From Cercozoa sp. M6MM (lineage: Eukaryota; Protista; Endomyxa: Ascetosporea): a stretch of 64,000 nt of DNA. Where the stretch lies: NCBI GenBank assembly GCA_040357565.1, contig JBDODJ010000011.1. One strand, 5' to 3'. The notes beneath the pieces were generated by a model. That model searched no databases. It had not been told where the DNA came from and saw nothing but the letters and a program-made list of their open reading frames with translations. Positions within the stretch are counted from its first letter, which is position 1, and the number at the start of each line of letters is the position of its first letter. Below, one piece after another: positions 48,783 through 62,275 of the stretch. The position numbers were made by a program, and so were the translations under genes.

Positions 48783-51700
48783 ATGAGTGCACAGGACACT
48801 GTAAGTTAGACTTATGTTCCGCTATCGCTAATCAAAGTTGTGCGTTTTCGCAGCTCGGGGATTTCACTTTTGCGACCCCCCAAGTCACCAATGAGGATGA
48901 CAGCAAGGTAACTATTTATGAACTGATACAAGCAATATCTTCTATTTTGAAGCTGAAATACCACATATTGACCGCGATAGAGCATGGAAGATGCTTCCAG
49001 CGAAATGAGCAACGCCGCCTCTGTGCGCAGCACGTCGCATTTGATGCAGAGTTCTTCGAAGTACCTTATCCTCTTCTTGGCAGTCCTTTAAAGCTACCTC
49101 TCTGATTCGCAGATCCTCGCGAACGACACGATCGTCACGATCGACCAAGTCGTCACAGTCAAAGCGCCGCAAACCGCTGCAGTTGCGACTGATAAGTCGC
49201 AAGCTTCCGTACACTGAGCCTTGGGCATGTGGGCACCCGTTTATCTGTGTCGCGTTCTAATTAGAGCCGACACGCTCGGAGACTTTGCGACAGTTTCCTC
49301 CGGTCATCGCACCGACGAGTCGTTGTGCAAGAAGGTACTGACTCATTCATTCCCTTCGCTTTCAAGTGATCGTTGTTTTGCAACAACAGGACACACTGGA
49401 GGAGTTCACCAAGTTGCGCGCTACTTCGACATCGACGAACTCGTCGCGCATTCCGGAGATTCCACGCGACACCGGTGTCTAATACCTCCTTTCTACACCC
49501 TTTTCACCCTTACTTTTTGTTTAGTGAAAGCTGGCGCCACGGTGATGTTTGAGCACACGATGATCAGCTCCGAGCCTCCGGAGACTGGTAAAATGCACTT
49601 GGTCCTTCTGTTGTCTCTATACCTCTTGCATTTAGACCACACAGTGGCGAGCGAAGTGAACGACTCGCACATGGATATTTACGATCAGTACTACGAGCAC
49701 ACACTGAATCAGTTCGACACATTGGCGAGCAGTCCGAGTCACTCCAGTCCCCGCACTGCGAGGTATCGTGAAAGTACCTTCCTGTATCCCGCTGGCCTTC
49801 TTCATCTTGCTGCTCTAGCTCCCACATGCAAACGCTCTACGAACATACGGACAGCAGCGAGTTGAACGAGCCAGATCTAGATGCCTCTTTGACAACACTG
49901 CGGTACTTTTGCTCCCTCTGTCTCCTATACAACAGCAGTTGAAATGCAGAGTGCCTCGAGTCAAGTTGAACCTGCGAATGATTCCGGGTACTTTGTCAGT
50001 CTCCCCTTCACTTTGTACCATCCTCTCTCAGAGGGACTCGAGGAGACAACGGAAACACCGGCAGCCAGCGATGTGTCGCTCTACCGTCCGGCTTTCTTCG
50101 ATGCCACCTACCGCTCTGTTGGTGCCTACGATGCTCGAGCCGCCATGGGTGTCGATCGCGAGGAGAAAGACTTCAGACGCATGTTCAATCACGGGGACTC
50201 CGTGCCTGTATCAATCTAAACCTCCTCCCCTCATTTTCGTTGTATATTTACTTCTCCTATTTCATAAACGCAGAACTCGCAAGAGCTGGACGTTCCGGCC
50301 GACGAATTCGCCGTGTTACGATACACGCCGCTGCTGGAAGTACTTAAACTCTTACTCTCTCTTGGCTCCTTTCACTTTCTACTCTTTGCACAGGCACACC
50401 GTCTTCCAGCAAAATTCAAATGCCGTGTTCAGAAGCGTCAGTGTGTACTATGATCTCTTGCCTGGCCAACGTGTCGATCCCTCTCCTGCCTGACTCTAAA
50501 TTTACCCACAGGAAGTGACAAACCTCATCGGTTGTACAATGTACAACGAAGCATGGCCACAGGTGTTTGGCACGCTGCGTGCCATTGCCGCCAACGTTCG
50601 TACCTTTGTGTACGCACAGGTGAGTCCTTTCTTCGTTTCTCTGGCAACAATTTGTACTCTTGGGTTAGGGTGCCGATGCTTGGCAACGACATGCCGTGGT
50701 ACCGAATAGACAAATGAATGTTGGGATAAGAATGACGCATTCTTTAGATGCTGATTGTGGACGGCATGGAACACTTTGGTACAATTTCCAATCCTTACGC
50801 TCGTCTGTCCTTCGTTTCATTGCGCCTTTGCTTTTTCAGACGAAGAGGTGCGCGCGCGACTTACGTTACTGGGCGCTTTCGACGAGGACATGCTCGTGAC
50901 CGAGGTGCAGGACCGCAGTGTCAAGGCGCATCTGTTCGGTACCTTCCCTTTCGTCTTGACACCCTATTCTCTGTCCCTTTATTTGGAAACCAAGCAGAGG
51001 TCGCAGTGGAGTTCGAGGAATCCTTGAACAGTGGGCAGTACATGCCACCTATGAATGTAAATCTAACTTTTCTACCAACGCTTTTATGCGTTTAACCTAT
51101 CTTACCTTGTCTGTGGAACACAGTTGATACTGTTGATCAAGACACACAATGCCGGCAAACTCGACTCTCACTTGGTACCTATCTTTTAATTTTGCTCCTT
51201 TCCACTTTACTCTCTTCTTGCAGTGGATGTTCGGTGCGATGGCCAAGCGACTGAACCCGCGCGAAGTGACACTTGTTGACGTCGGCACTCTGCCCAAAGG
51301 TGGGTCTTTTATCGCCCACAATTTATCCCTCACCCCATTCTCCTTGTCTCTGCGCACAGCACCGGCCATCTACCGTCTGCACGATGCACTCGAGGCAGAC
51401 AAGAACTGTGCTGGTACTGCATGCCTCGTGTATACCTGTGTCATGACTCTTGTCTACCTGGACAGGCGTTTGCGGCGAGATCGTTACCGACAGCACAAAT
51501 CCTCTCGACCCCGTATGTCTACTGCTTTCGTACAACACCCCCTAAACTGTACGATACCGCTGGTAGGTTGTGGCTGCGCAAGTTTACGAGTACAAGATCT
51601 CGCACATCCTGGACAAGGCGCTCGAGAGTTCAGTCGGGTACCTGAGTGTACTGCCCGGCGCCTTCTCCATGTACCGCTGGGCTGCACTACGCGATAGCTT

Positions 51701-53297
51701 CGGTACAGTACCTCTTGTTAAATACCTTCGGTTGTATCGTATCTGATACGTGTGTAATTTCTTACTGTCTATAGTGTCGGGACCACTGCGACAGTACTTT
51801 TCGCAACTCGAAACACCGCCACATCGTGTAAAATATACTCCTCTTGTAACTATTACTCTAGACAGTTTACCTGTCGACTTCCTAGGTGACTCCCTTCAAA
51901 GCCAATCTCTTCCTCGCCGAGGATCGGTATTTTTAGTTCAATGCACGATAGTTTAAGGGTATGTTCTATGTGTATGGGGTCTCAGGGTGCTATGCACCGA
52001 GTTGATGTGCTTGCCGGGCAAGAAGTACACAATGAAGTGGGTTTCGGATTCTGTGGCCACTACCGACATTCCCAAGGGTACTCTCCTTGTCCACTTGATA
52101 CTGACCATTAGGAAGACCATCGTTGATGCTGTAGACCTGTACTCGCTCATGCGGCAACGTCGACGTTGGGTACTTTTGCAATCAGAGCATGCTTGACCTC
52201 CAAGTTGTTTATTGTGCTCTGTGGTGACGCCAGGTCAATGGCAGTTTCTTTGCGCTGCTGTACAACCTGTCGCGCTTCTCGCGCTTCTGGAAGAAGAGTA
52301 GCCTCGCATTTTATTTCCTCTTGTTACCCTTTAACCTTCCTGTCCCAGGCGCCCACTCGGCATGGCACAAGGCCGTGATGACGTGCTTCTTTGGCTACCA
52401 GTTGACTGTTGTTGTGATGTCGTGGTTCCTACTGGCCAACACCTTCCTGTAAACCTACCCTTGATGTCTTGTATTGTATCCACATGCATACAAAAATTTG
52501 AGTATACAGAGCCTTTTGGTTCGTGGTGCACGAGCGACTGCGCACCTACGACGAGTTACCTCTGTGGTAGATACGTATAGTAGTGTCTCTTTTACCCTAC
52601 CAACTAGTACTTGTCTGGCAGGATTGTCTGGATGCCACTCGGTCTGTACCTCGTCTTGTTACTCGCACAGGTACATCTTGAAAACTGTTTGGAGTGCTGA
52701 GTAACTTATGTTATTGATATGTGGCGACAGGTACTGTATGCACTGGGCGGTCCGCGCAACATGGAGCGCAGCAGTGCGGTGCACAAGTCGTCGGCCTGGC
52801 TGTTCGGTGGACTCATGGTCGTGTTCTTGTTGATGACGGTGCTGTACGGTAGACCTCTCTTTCTGCACTGCCTTGTCGTTTTTGCTTTAACTTCTCTCAC
52901 TTCCCCTGTTTACCCCCCCTCTTAACACTCAGTGGTGGAGAAATCGAAAGAGGACAACGCCACGAGTTCCTTTGACTTCTTAGCACTCACTATTGGAATC
53001 GGTGCCGTCGTTGGGTACCTGGGTTCTTTGGTTTGTCAGAGAGGCAGTGTAGATAACATACAACCCTTGTAGCATTCCCTTCCTGGCGGCCTTTTTGCAC
53101 GGAGCCTTCATGCGCTTGCTACTCGCCTTCCCGGTACCTCGAGCCGCAAGTTCACTCCCATGTGTTGTGACATGAGTCGCATGTGTCAGGCCTACTGGAT
53201 CATGTTGCCAGCTTGGACGAATATGCTGCAGATCTTTGCCTTTGCGCAACTGCACGACATCTCCTGGGTACTGCTTCCGTACTTGTAGGGATGGGGT

Positions 53298-53383
<86 letters not shown>

Positions 53384-53483
53384 NNNNNNNNNNNNNNNNN
53401 NNNNNNNNNNNNNNNNNNNNNNNNNNNNNNNNNNNNNNNNNNNNNNNNNNNNNNNNNNNNNNNNNNNNNNNNNNNNNNNNNNN

Positions 53484-53537
<54 letters not shown>

Positions 53538-54905
53538 TACAGGGCAACCGACCAAACGCGAGTGCGCGCAACCTGCTCATCGTGTCAGTAGCTCAAGAGC
53601 AGGCCGAGCAGCAGGCGGAACAAGTGCCAGATAGCAGTGCTACTGCCTCTTCGGCTGTCGATGGGTACTGCACCCAAACTATACTCTCACACTGACAAGT
53701 AACATTTTCTCTGAATACAGCAAGGTGCGCGCCCGTACCACAGAAGAACTGAGCGACCGCGAGGCTGCTCGCATGGATCCCTACTTGCATGTGGTACCTT
53801 TCCTTTCCTGACACCCCTCAAAGCACACATTCCCCTACATTTAGCCCAACGCACGCGCCATATCGACCGAGGCAGCCCCAGGCGACGCGCTGCATGTCAA
53901 CTACATGGGACAGCCGCGCAACTTTGGTACTTCTCCTTGGTCTCTACCTTGGTGTGTCGCGATGATATAAGTTTGGTGCAGGCGCGCTCTACGAAGAAGC
54001 AAAAAATCGCGATGAAATCGCTCTGGTAAACTGTGCATGCTTTAATGAAAAAAAGAACAGATGACGAGTGTTCTCAGGAGGAAATGCGACGCGTCGCCGA
54101 ACGCGAAAAGTCGGTGTTGGCCGCTGCGAAACGCGAGGAACGGGTACATTGTTATCATTCTTTCAGCGACTTAGCAACTGGTGTGCTTGCATTTTCTTGC
54201 AGCTGCGAGCACAACTGGTGCGCGCAATCGATTTAAACAAGCTCGCCGACAACTTTGAGTAAACAAAGAGACATTAGCTGCTTTGTCAACTCATCGTATT
54301 TGCCAAAAACAGAGACACGTTCCGCTCCTTCCGCACGCAGGTCGTGTGGGCCTGGGTGCTCTCGAACGGTACCCGCCTTTGTCCCCACTGTCTGCTTGAG
54401 CACCGAAGTGTGTTCAGTGTTACTGGCCGGCATTGTTCTCGCCATTCCGAGCAGCGTCTCTTCCGACGGCTACTTGCGTAGCTCCCACTAGTTTCAGATA
54501 AGTGTTTTTGATCAATGCGTGTCACTTGTGGTAGTGCTGCTACTGTGTGCCATTGCACTGGTCAACTTTGTGAAATTTACCGGCTCTGTGGTCTACGCAA
54601 TGGGACGAGTGTGTCGTCGTGGCGGTACTTTCTTACTCCCACCGAGAAATTGTGGAGAGAGTGAGCATGCTCTTGTACCTGTGGTAGGACGTGCCAGACG
54701 CATGCGTCGGCAGCGCAAGCAGCTGCGACGCCAGCGACGTCGCCACCAGCACGCCTCGCGCAGTCGAATCGGAGACATCGACGACGCTGCCGACAAGAGC
54801 AACAACAACAACGAAAATGACGACAATGTTGCTGACACTGCCGATCGCACCCTCGACGTGGACACCACCGTCGCACCCCTTCGCATCGCCGAGGAACGTA
54901 ATTGA
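48783..54905 (+). CDS. Chitin synthase (division 1-like GT2) with long disordered N-terminus, ~45 exons
   Basis: CTMYNE; LIVDG; [12 protein letters not shown]; LVDVGT; VCGEI; [19 protein letters not shown]; LPGAFSMYR; LAEDRVLC; QRRRWVNGSFFA; LHDISWG; [13 protein letters not shown]. 44 GT-AG introns traced in frame. Confidence 0.95.
53299..53535 (+). repeat. (CA)n microsatellite in a chitin synthase intron (contains a gap)
   Basis: Directly visible. Confidence 0.95.
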
Positions 54906-55103
54906 ACCTCAAGCTGTTAGACTTTACTCCTGCGTGAATAGTATCGAATATTGTAGCTTTCATGTTAAACATACACGCATAAGTTACATACCTATGCACA
55001 CACGACATACCTAGTAAATTTACTGGACAGTACACACAGTACAGGGAATCACCCGTGATTGGCATTATGAAAGTACAGTTAACGTTGTTCTTTCAGTCTG
55101 CTC

Positions 55104-55162
55104 AGAAACCAACTATGCCGTGTAGTTCCCCTCTACCAGTCCCGGGATGGGTCACAAAGGGC
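55104..55162 (+). repeat. Dispersed repeat family A, diverged partial copy
   Basis: gaaaccaactatgccgtgtagttcccctctaccagtcccgggatgggtcacaaagggc aligns to about 41077-41138. Confidence 0.75.
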
Positions 55163-55378
55163 GTACGTCCGGTCGCGCATCGCTGTCGATCGACGAGAAG
55201 ATCGCGTCGTAACAACTGTACTCGTACTCGGTGTACGGTCGTCCATCACACTAGCTTACGATAGAATCGCTACGTAAGGTAACGTAACAATACTGTACAT
55301 AATGTAAATTTACGGTAGTCCATCGTCCTGTAGCTACGCTAGTGCTGTAACGTCGGTAGTAGCGTAGTACGGTCGACG

Positions 55379-56290
55379 TTATGTCGGCGTGACGCGCTCA
55401 AAGTGCAGACTGAACGTGTTGGACACTACAACAAAAACGAGAGTCAAAATCAGTTTCAGTGGTAGCAAGGAAAGGTGATTAACGCTCAGTGACTTTGCTG
55501 ACAAAAGTCTCGCTCCCAATGCTTTCACCCTGAACAAGACGAAAGACGTGATGTAACAAGCAGAGAGAAAGAGTCGTGACACACCGGATCGCTGAACGGG
55601 TTCAGCAGTTGCGCCACGTACTGCTCGTACACTCGCAAGAAGAACTACTCACAAGAAGTCAGAACTGGCACATCAACAATATGCTTGAATGATTATACAC
55701 TTCGAACATCGTTGAGTGGAATGCGCTCGCTCTTGCATAAGGCCATCAACGTGACACCGCCCTGTCACACAAAATACTGCATCGAACAAAAGCACACAGT
55801 GCGCTGAAGTCTACCGCAGTTGAGTAGGCGTACAGGTACTGGTTCTCTGCCAGCAGGAGTCTCAAGATGGGCATAGCACACACTTATGAAACACACGCTA
55901 CCAACAGGCGTTACGAGTCCTAGAAACGGATCCTAGACGACAAAACATTGGATCAAAACATGCAAAAGCACTGCACCTGTGCCAAAGCGACAAAAACACT
56001 ACTTTGGCTGTTTTCGACTTTTTCGATCGGTTCGAGAGCGTTTCGCGCACCAAATCCAGCGCTGCGAACATGTGCAACTGCGCACAGAAGGCATGCCAAA
56101 CTACGCACCACAGCAAGGCAACCTCCTACCTGTTCCACATCCTTGCTTAGGGTATCGGGGTCCTTGTGGACTTGTCTCCAGTACACCTACAATAAGCGCG
56201 CCCCCAATCCGATCGACCAACATTTCATTTCATGGATCGCCATCCTACCAGCCTCCCCGTGCGCGAGACGAGAGCTATTGACGATAACAT
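55379..56290 (-). CDS. Sedlin-family TRAPP subunit, TRAPPC2L-like
   Basis: Spliced MLSSIALVSRTGRL|VYWR...LHMFAALDLVRE...DPFLGLV...YLYAYSTA...DVRS|FFLRVYEQYVAQLLNPF. Confidence 0.8.
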
Positions 56291-56474
56291 ATCTGTGCTG
56301 TACAGTGCACGAATAGAGATTGCTTTAGATGCTGCTCAGCGCGAGAAATTTCGTGATCATGCCACCGGATCAAGGCAACAAGACGGAGCCGCAAAAACAA
56401 ACTCCTGTTGCGCCGTGCATCGTGCGGTGCAGCACCGTGGGCGTGTTTGATCGTTGCCGCTGGTAGCATCCAGA

Positions 56475-58357
56475 ATGTCCGACAAGGAGAAATCGAATGA
56501 TGCAGGAGAAGCAACTGGCGTTTCACAAAGCGAAATGCGCCAGGCCAAGCTCATTGAGGCACGGATCGCCAAGGTATGTTGTTCTGTTGTAGCGATCGAT
56601 TGCCATGAGTCAAAGTTGTGAAACAGGTCCGCCGGGAAGCGAGTCAGCGGCGTGCGATGCAGGCCAAGATTGTCGATCAGGCTGTGCAGATCAGGGAACT
56701 TACAATGCAGCTGGTATGTGTGTGGTTGTGTTTCTGCTGTGTCTGGTGTGCAACTGAGCGTGTTTTGGCAGGAAAAGTCGGATTCGAACCTCATTGTGCT
56801 GTCCGATCGGTACCAGCAGCGATCGCAGCAAGTGCGAGAATTCGTTGATCGCGACGCCGGCTTGCGAAAAAAACTGAAAGCAGCGTGCGAGAACTGGAAG
56901 AAATCGCATGTGCGTTTCTGGCTGTTTCGCTTGTTTGAGGCTTTTACTTTGGTGCAATGTGTTGAGAGAGCAGGGACAGTACGAGCGATTGCGCGATGTG
57001 TTGGCCGAGAAGGAGAAGCTCGTGGCGCACGTGAAGAAACAGTGCGAGCAACGCGTGCAGTCCTTGCAAGATGAGGGTACACCCTAGTTTTCTTTTAGAT
57101 TTTACATGAGCGCTTTTTGAGACTACGTTTGGACAGGTGTACAACGCGAGCAGCGACTCGATAGCTTGCAGCAGCAGGTGCTGTCGCTCAAGTCGGAACT
57201 CAACAAAGCCAAAGTGGACACAGCGAACGCGAGAATGACGATGGAAACTTCCAAAGTCGACTGGTTGAGACAACAAGATGTACCAATTTGCAGTCACTTA
57301 GCTGTTTCTTCACTTCTCTGTGGGCTTGTTAATCATAGGTGCTTGAGAAACAATTGGAACAGTTGAGGAAACAACTGACCGAAGTGGACGCACACAGGCG
57401 TCAATTGGTATTGCCTCGTTGTTCCCTGTCAGTGTCTAGAATTAAAGAGAATGGGGTCAGATGGAAGCCTGCAACAATCGGTCTGCGTCCGTGAAGTCAC
57501 CGACTCCAACCGTGACCCAACCGTCTGCCCCTGCAGCAGCACCACAGGAGGAGAGTTGGACCAGTCTCGTGACTGGACTCTTTTCTGCCGATGTAGTTTG
57601 ACTCTCGCTGTGTTGGTATTCTTCAGTTGTTTCAAGTTTGTTTCACTGCAGGGACATCTACCGGAGGATGTTCGCGAACTGCGCCGTTTGTGTATGTCTT
57701 TAAACTTGAAAAACTGACTGGTTGTTTAACTGTTTTAATAAGTGTTTTTTTAATGGACAGGCGTTGAACTAAAACGACGCGAGAAGGACATTGAAGAGAG
57801 CTTTGTGCAACACACGCAACGAATGGCTGTAGACTGTTCTTGTTCTCTGTTGCTGTTGTTGTTTGACCGGCAGCTGAATAGGACATGCAAACCGAGATGG
57901 CCGACTGGAAGATCCGCGCCGAGAACTCCGAGCAGGCACTGTTTGCCATGAAGTAAGCTGAGCTTTCACTCCTGTGTTCTAATGGTGCCTGTTGCACTCT
58001 CTTCCCCTGTGTAGAGCCGAACGCGACCGACTGGCAAGCAACCGAAAACTCGCCTACAGCGACGTGTCCGACATGAAGACCGCCCTGGAGGCATCCTTCC
58101 TCTTGCCCTGTTCTGTGCTGCTTTTGTTTATCTGTGTCGTGCTCTCTGCAGACGGCACAAAGCCGACTCGCTGCCGTGCAACTTGAGCGTGCCGACGCGC
58201 GTGCACGTGCTGCTTCGTTGGAGGGTACTCGCGTCTCTGCTCGAGAGGCGGTGTATGCTTGAGTGTGCAAGCAGAAGAGGTCATGAAGCTGCGCGGACAG
58301 AAGAAGGTGCTCGTTTCCGAAGTGCTCAAGCTGCGAGAGCAACTGCTCCGCAGCTAG
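56475..58357 (+). CDS. Coiled-coil protein of unknown function; multi-exon
   Basis: MSDKEKSND start; heptad-rich exons; ends ...KLRGQKKVLVSEVLKLREQLLRS* (TAG 58355-58357). Confidence 0.6.
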
Positions 58358-58977
58358 CGCTTTCTAGTTCGCACTCCCTGTCTTTCGCATCGCATGATCA
58401 AGTGTCACCAGTCAGTTCGTGCCAACGCAACGCAGTCTTGCTGTGATTTTTTCGTTTCGTTTGTTTGCCCGCTCATTCGATTAATGTTCAACGACTTGCC
58501 AAAGAATTGATCGGATAGATTGATTTATCTCACGTCATCGTATCGTAGCATAAGGGTATACGCCTGGCACGGGCCTGCTCTGTGGAGGCACGCTGCGCTG
58601 CGCTTCGTCGCTCTTCCTTCGTCGTCGACAAGAGATGGGCACACGCGACGTTTACGTTATCTGAAATCGGAACGGTTGACTTCAACGTTTCGGTGTCCCG
58701 AACTCGGGTTTACGGCGGTTCGTGTGGACTTTTGTTGTTGACTTTTGCCAGTGAAAAGAACCCAGCCTGGGTTCGTGCGTCAAACTAAGCGGAGACGGAA
58801 CCGTGCGTCACGGGAGTGAACAGTTTAGGCAGGCCATTGGACCGAGCTTGCGTTTGCAAAGGCGAAAACTGGTGTGTTTTCCGAGCCCGACAAACGAAAA
58901 GCTGTGCTGGGCTGAGCAGTGCTAATTTACAACAACTCGCTTTTCCCGCAGAGAGTTTTTGCAAGCCTCTCTTGTCC

Positions 58978-61056
58978 ATGGAGTACTTCTCCGACATGAC
59001 AGTCAAAGACAATGTAATTGTCCACCTTATGGCTCATCTTTGTCTGAAGTTTGTGTGTGTGTGTGTGTTTGTAGGTGCTGCCCGAGGCTACGCGGGAGCA
59101 GCTGCGAGCCTTGTCAGACACTTTGATACGCAGTCCACGCGAGGAGTTGACGCACTGGGAATCTGATACCGAACTGAGCTTGATCGATCCCATGGTTGGC
59201 GTTGCCACACCCCCCCAAGTGGTATTGAGGTAGCACCGGGCTTGCTGCGTAGTTGTTCCCAGTAGCCTCGGGCATAACACGTGTCGTTGATGAGCCCATT
59301 TGTCGGCCGTGGATCCAGAGCATCGGTGAGGGCGAGTCGCTCAATCTGCCAGCAAAGGACAGCTCGTCTCACCCGCCGCAGTACCACTCGCTGTTCGTCA
59401 CGCAGGAGGAGATGCTGCCAGCAGAGTTTGAGGTCAGTCCCGAAGGCAGCGTGTCCATCAAGAGCTACATCAACAATCTGCACCCGTCGCACGCACAAGG
59501 CTACGCCGCCATCGCCTCTGCCTTTGAGCAACTCCTGGTACAGTGCACAGTAGAGTCCTATGGCGGTATTGACGACACATTCAGCCCATGTTCGAGGCCT
59601 GGCTGACCAAGCAGCAGAAGGGGAAGGCGAGTAGTACCAGATGGGACAGCGATGAGTCCGAACACGACGAGTCTGAGGTTCAGCAAGACGAGTCTGAGGT
59701 TCGACAAGACGAATCCACCGAAGTGACTTTCTCCACATTGTATAACTCCTGCATTACAATAGTGACACAGGTCAGCCTACGAGGCCGACGACTGCAGGTT
59801 ATTGTCCAGATGGATGCGATCGAGCTGACCCGAGACAAGCCCAAGTTTGAGAGTATTCTCCTATCTCGTGGTAATTTAGTATTTAAATTGACACTGTGAT
59901 TTTTCACACCAACACAGCCGAGTACTGGAAGCGAGAAAGCTGCGATGAAGTGAACTCCGTCGGTGTCGTCGTTTTCCACAGGTATCAAATTTAAACTGTC
60001 CTGTACAGTCGAACACAAACGTTTCGACATGTTTCAATTGTGCAGCGAGAACATTCAGAATGCTTCGTTGTGGCTGCGTTGGGTACCGATTCCGCTCCTT
60101 GCTCCGGCATTCAGATTGACTGCCAGCTTTTTGTTGATGCCCTGGGGATGTGTGAGACAGTGGTCAGCCGACTTCCGATGGTGTCAGATCGCCCTGCGGC
60201 AGCAACGTGCGTATGTTTAACACAGTCATATGCGTACAATTCATGTTCTTTTTGTGGATCCACGAACACTGCAGTGTTGTGCTTCACAAGTGGATGTGGC
60301 GGCATGTGATTCCGTGCAACTTGCGGGAGGGAGCCGAGTCTGGTATACTGTACTTTCCACGTGTACTTTCGACTAACACTTTGATAAGTGTATCAAGTCA
60401 ATTTACTGAACATCACACGCAGGCAGTCTTCGCGTGCTCACCTTCCGGCTGATCGATCCTGAGCGGTGATACTTTTCTCAGGACCTACTAAAGTAGTATA
60501 TTGTTACTGCTTTTCCAGACGCGTTGTGTCGACGGAACGTGTGCCTCCACAGCAAGTATGCTTTTCTTGTACCGTCTCTGAGACAGGTACAGGTGTGCAT
60601 CTCATTCGAGAGTAGGGGCCTTGGTACACCTACGAGGTCGAGAAGGTTCTCTGCGAACTGCCGTCTCAGCCAGAGCTGCCGATCGAGGTGAGTTTTCTCT
60701 TCCAACTCGATAAATTTACGAGAGAGACTTACAACCTTCCGTGTCAGATCGCTGGCTTAGTGTCGTCTTTCCTGCGCGACTGGCCCATGTCGGTCAAACA
60801 TGCACACGCCCACCGCCGCAGACATCTGAAACGGCGCGGCGTCGAGGTCAGAGGGTTTTTGTCGAGACTGCAAGCCCCCCCCCCCCGGGGCCCTTTGGAG
60901 TTACTGTGTGGTGTGGTGTGCTCGTGTGTTCTTGTACAGACTGCTTTTTTAACGGTTGATGACGACATCAGCAGTGTGCCCGAGGACGTAGTCGACTACG
61001 ACGACGACATTGCGAACGTGAATGCTCAGGCTGCCAGTGACAGTGGAGCAGCGTAA
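58978..61056 (+). CDS. DUF4246 family protein; multi-exon
   Basis: LPAEFEV...VSIKSYINNLHP; LRGRRLQVIVQMDAIELTRDKPKF; SENI; LTFRLIDP; VVSTERVPPQQ; MSVKHAHAHRRRHLKRR. Confidence 0.75.
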
Positions 61057-61181
61057 AGTTCAGACCTCAGTCAAGGCAATCAGTATCTTGCAGTGATCCC
61101 GTAGATGTACGCAGTGATTGCTGTTCTCTCAGCTGAGCTGTTCGATACCATAGAATAGCTGGTCGGGTGGGGATACAATAG

Positions 61182-62275
61182 TTAACAATCGTCGGAAGGC
61201 ACAAACACCCGCTTGCGAGAAAACAACTTAACCGCGTTTTCAAGCTCGCTTGACTTGCTCTGGAAAAATGCAAGAATGTAAATTGTGTACGTACGGAGCT
61301 AGCAGCTCAGTATACATATCTTTGTCACAATACCAAAAGCTGATTCTGTCGGGCAATTGTCTTGAGTGTGTGTATTTGCAGCGGCAAACGTCGTATCTCC
61401 ATTTCGTTGTCTTGGAGCTGCTTTTTGAGCGACTGAAGTGCTTCCAACCGCTGTCCGAGACCAGGTTTATTTAGCACAGAATAGTTATCGGATGAACATA
61501 GAGTTTCGCGGTTCTCGAATACCTCAGCTTCACTAAGAAGGCGCATTCCTGCAGGAACTTTGGCCCGTTCCTTGGCTGCGCTGTTTTCTTGTTCTTGCAC
61601 ACGTCGCTTTCGCTGCATAAATAAAAACGAGAGTGTGAGGATACCGAAAAGACATCTTTGGGACTCACCAGATATGCAGGAACACGCCCGAAACTGTTCC
61701 GTTTCATGAACTCGTGTGTTCCTTCGTCTCGCGTCACTTTCTTCTTCGGAACCATGCGTAAAGCTGCAATGTTTTCGCGCACAAAATCCCTTTTTCCTGA
61801 TCCCGAGGATTCTAACGAGGACAGCGACGAAGCATCGCTCTCGCTGGGTAGATCAGAGTCTTGGTCTCCTTTCAGTGCACTATCGTCATGTCGTCGTACC
61901 CTCCGGCGTCTGCAGCGAAATAGCCAAAATGTGGTGTCTGTGCTTTGATGCGAGTGTATTTACAGTACCTTTGCTTCTGTCGGCGTGCGATTTCGCGTTT
62001 TTGCATTCGAACAAACTCTTGCTGGAACTTGAGTCGCTCAAGGTTTTGTTTGTGAAAGTCAATACGGGGCTTCGTCTTTCTACGGCACACTAGCGTACAT
62101 ACGTGAACGCAATCACACTTCCCATGTGTATATGCTTGGGCAATGTGCGCATGTAACTGAAGGAAGCATACATTTTATCGGGCTGCAGCCGCATTCGGCG
62201 TTTGACTCCATCGCCCGATTTTTGTTGAGTCGCAATGCGATAGCCTTCTTCAGACAGGCGGCCTCTGGTCGCCAT
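61182..62275 (-). CDS. Enkurin-domain protein (ENKD1-like)
   Basis: FGRVPAYL...VPAGMRLLSEAE|RLEALQSL...RRLPL...ELENAVKLFSRKRVFV. Confidence 0.85.

Noticed and set aside
48942-49214. Minus-strand ORF (similarly 56357..57082 and 57632..58342)
   Set aside because: Antisense shadows of well-supported plus-strand exons.
54519-54905. Separate small membrane-protein gene
   Set aside because: It splices in frame onto the chitin synthase C-terminus via [13 protein letters not shown].
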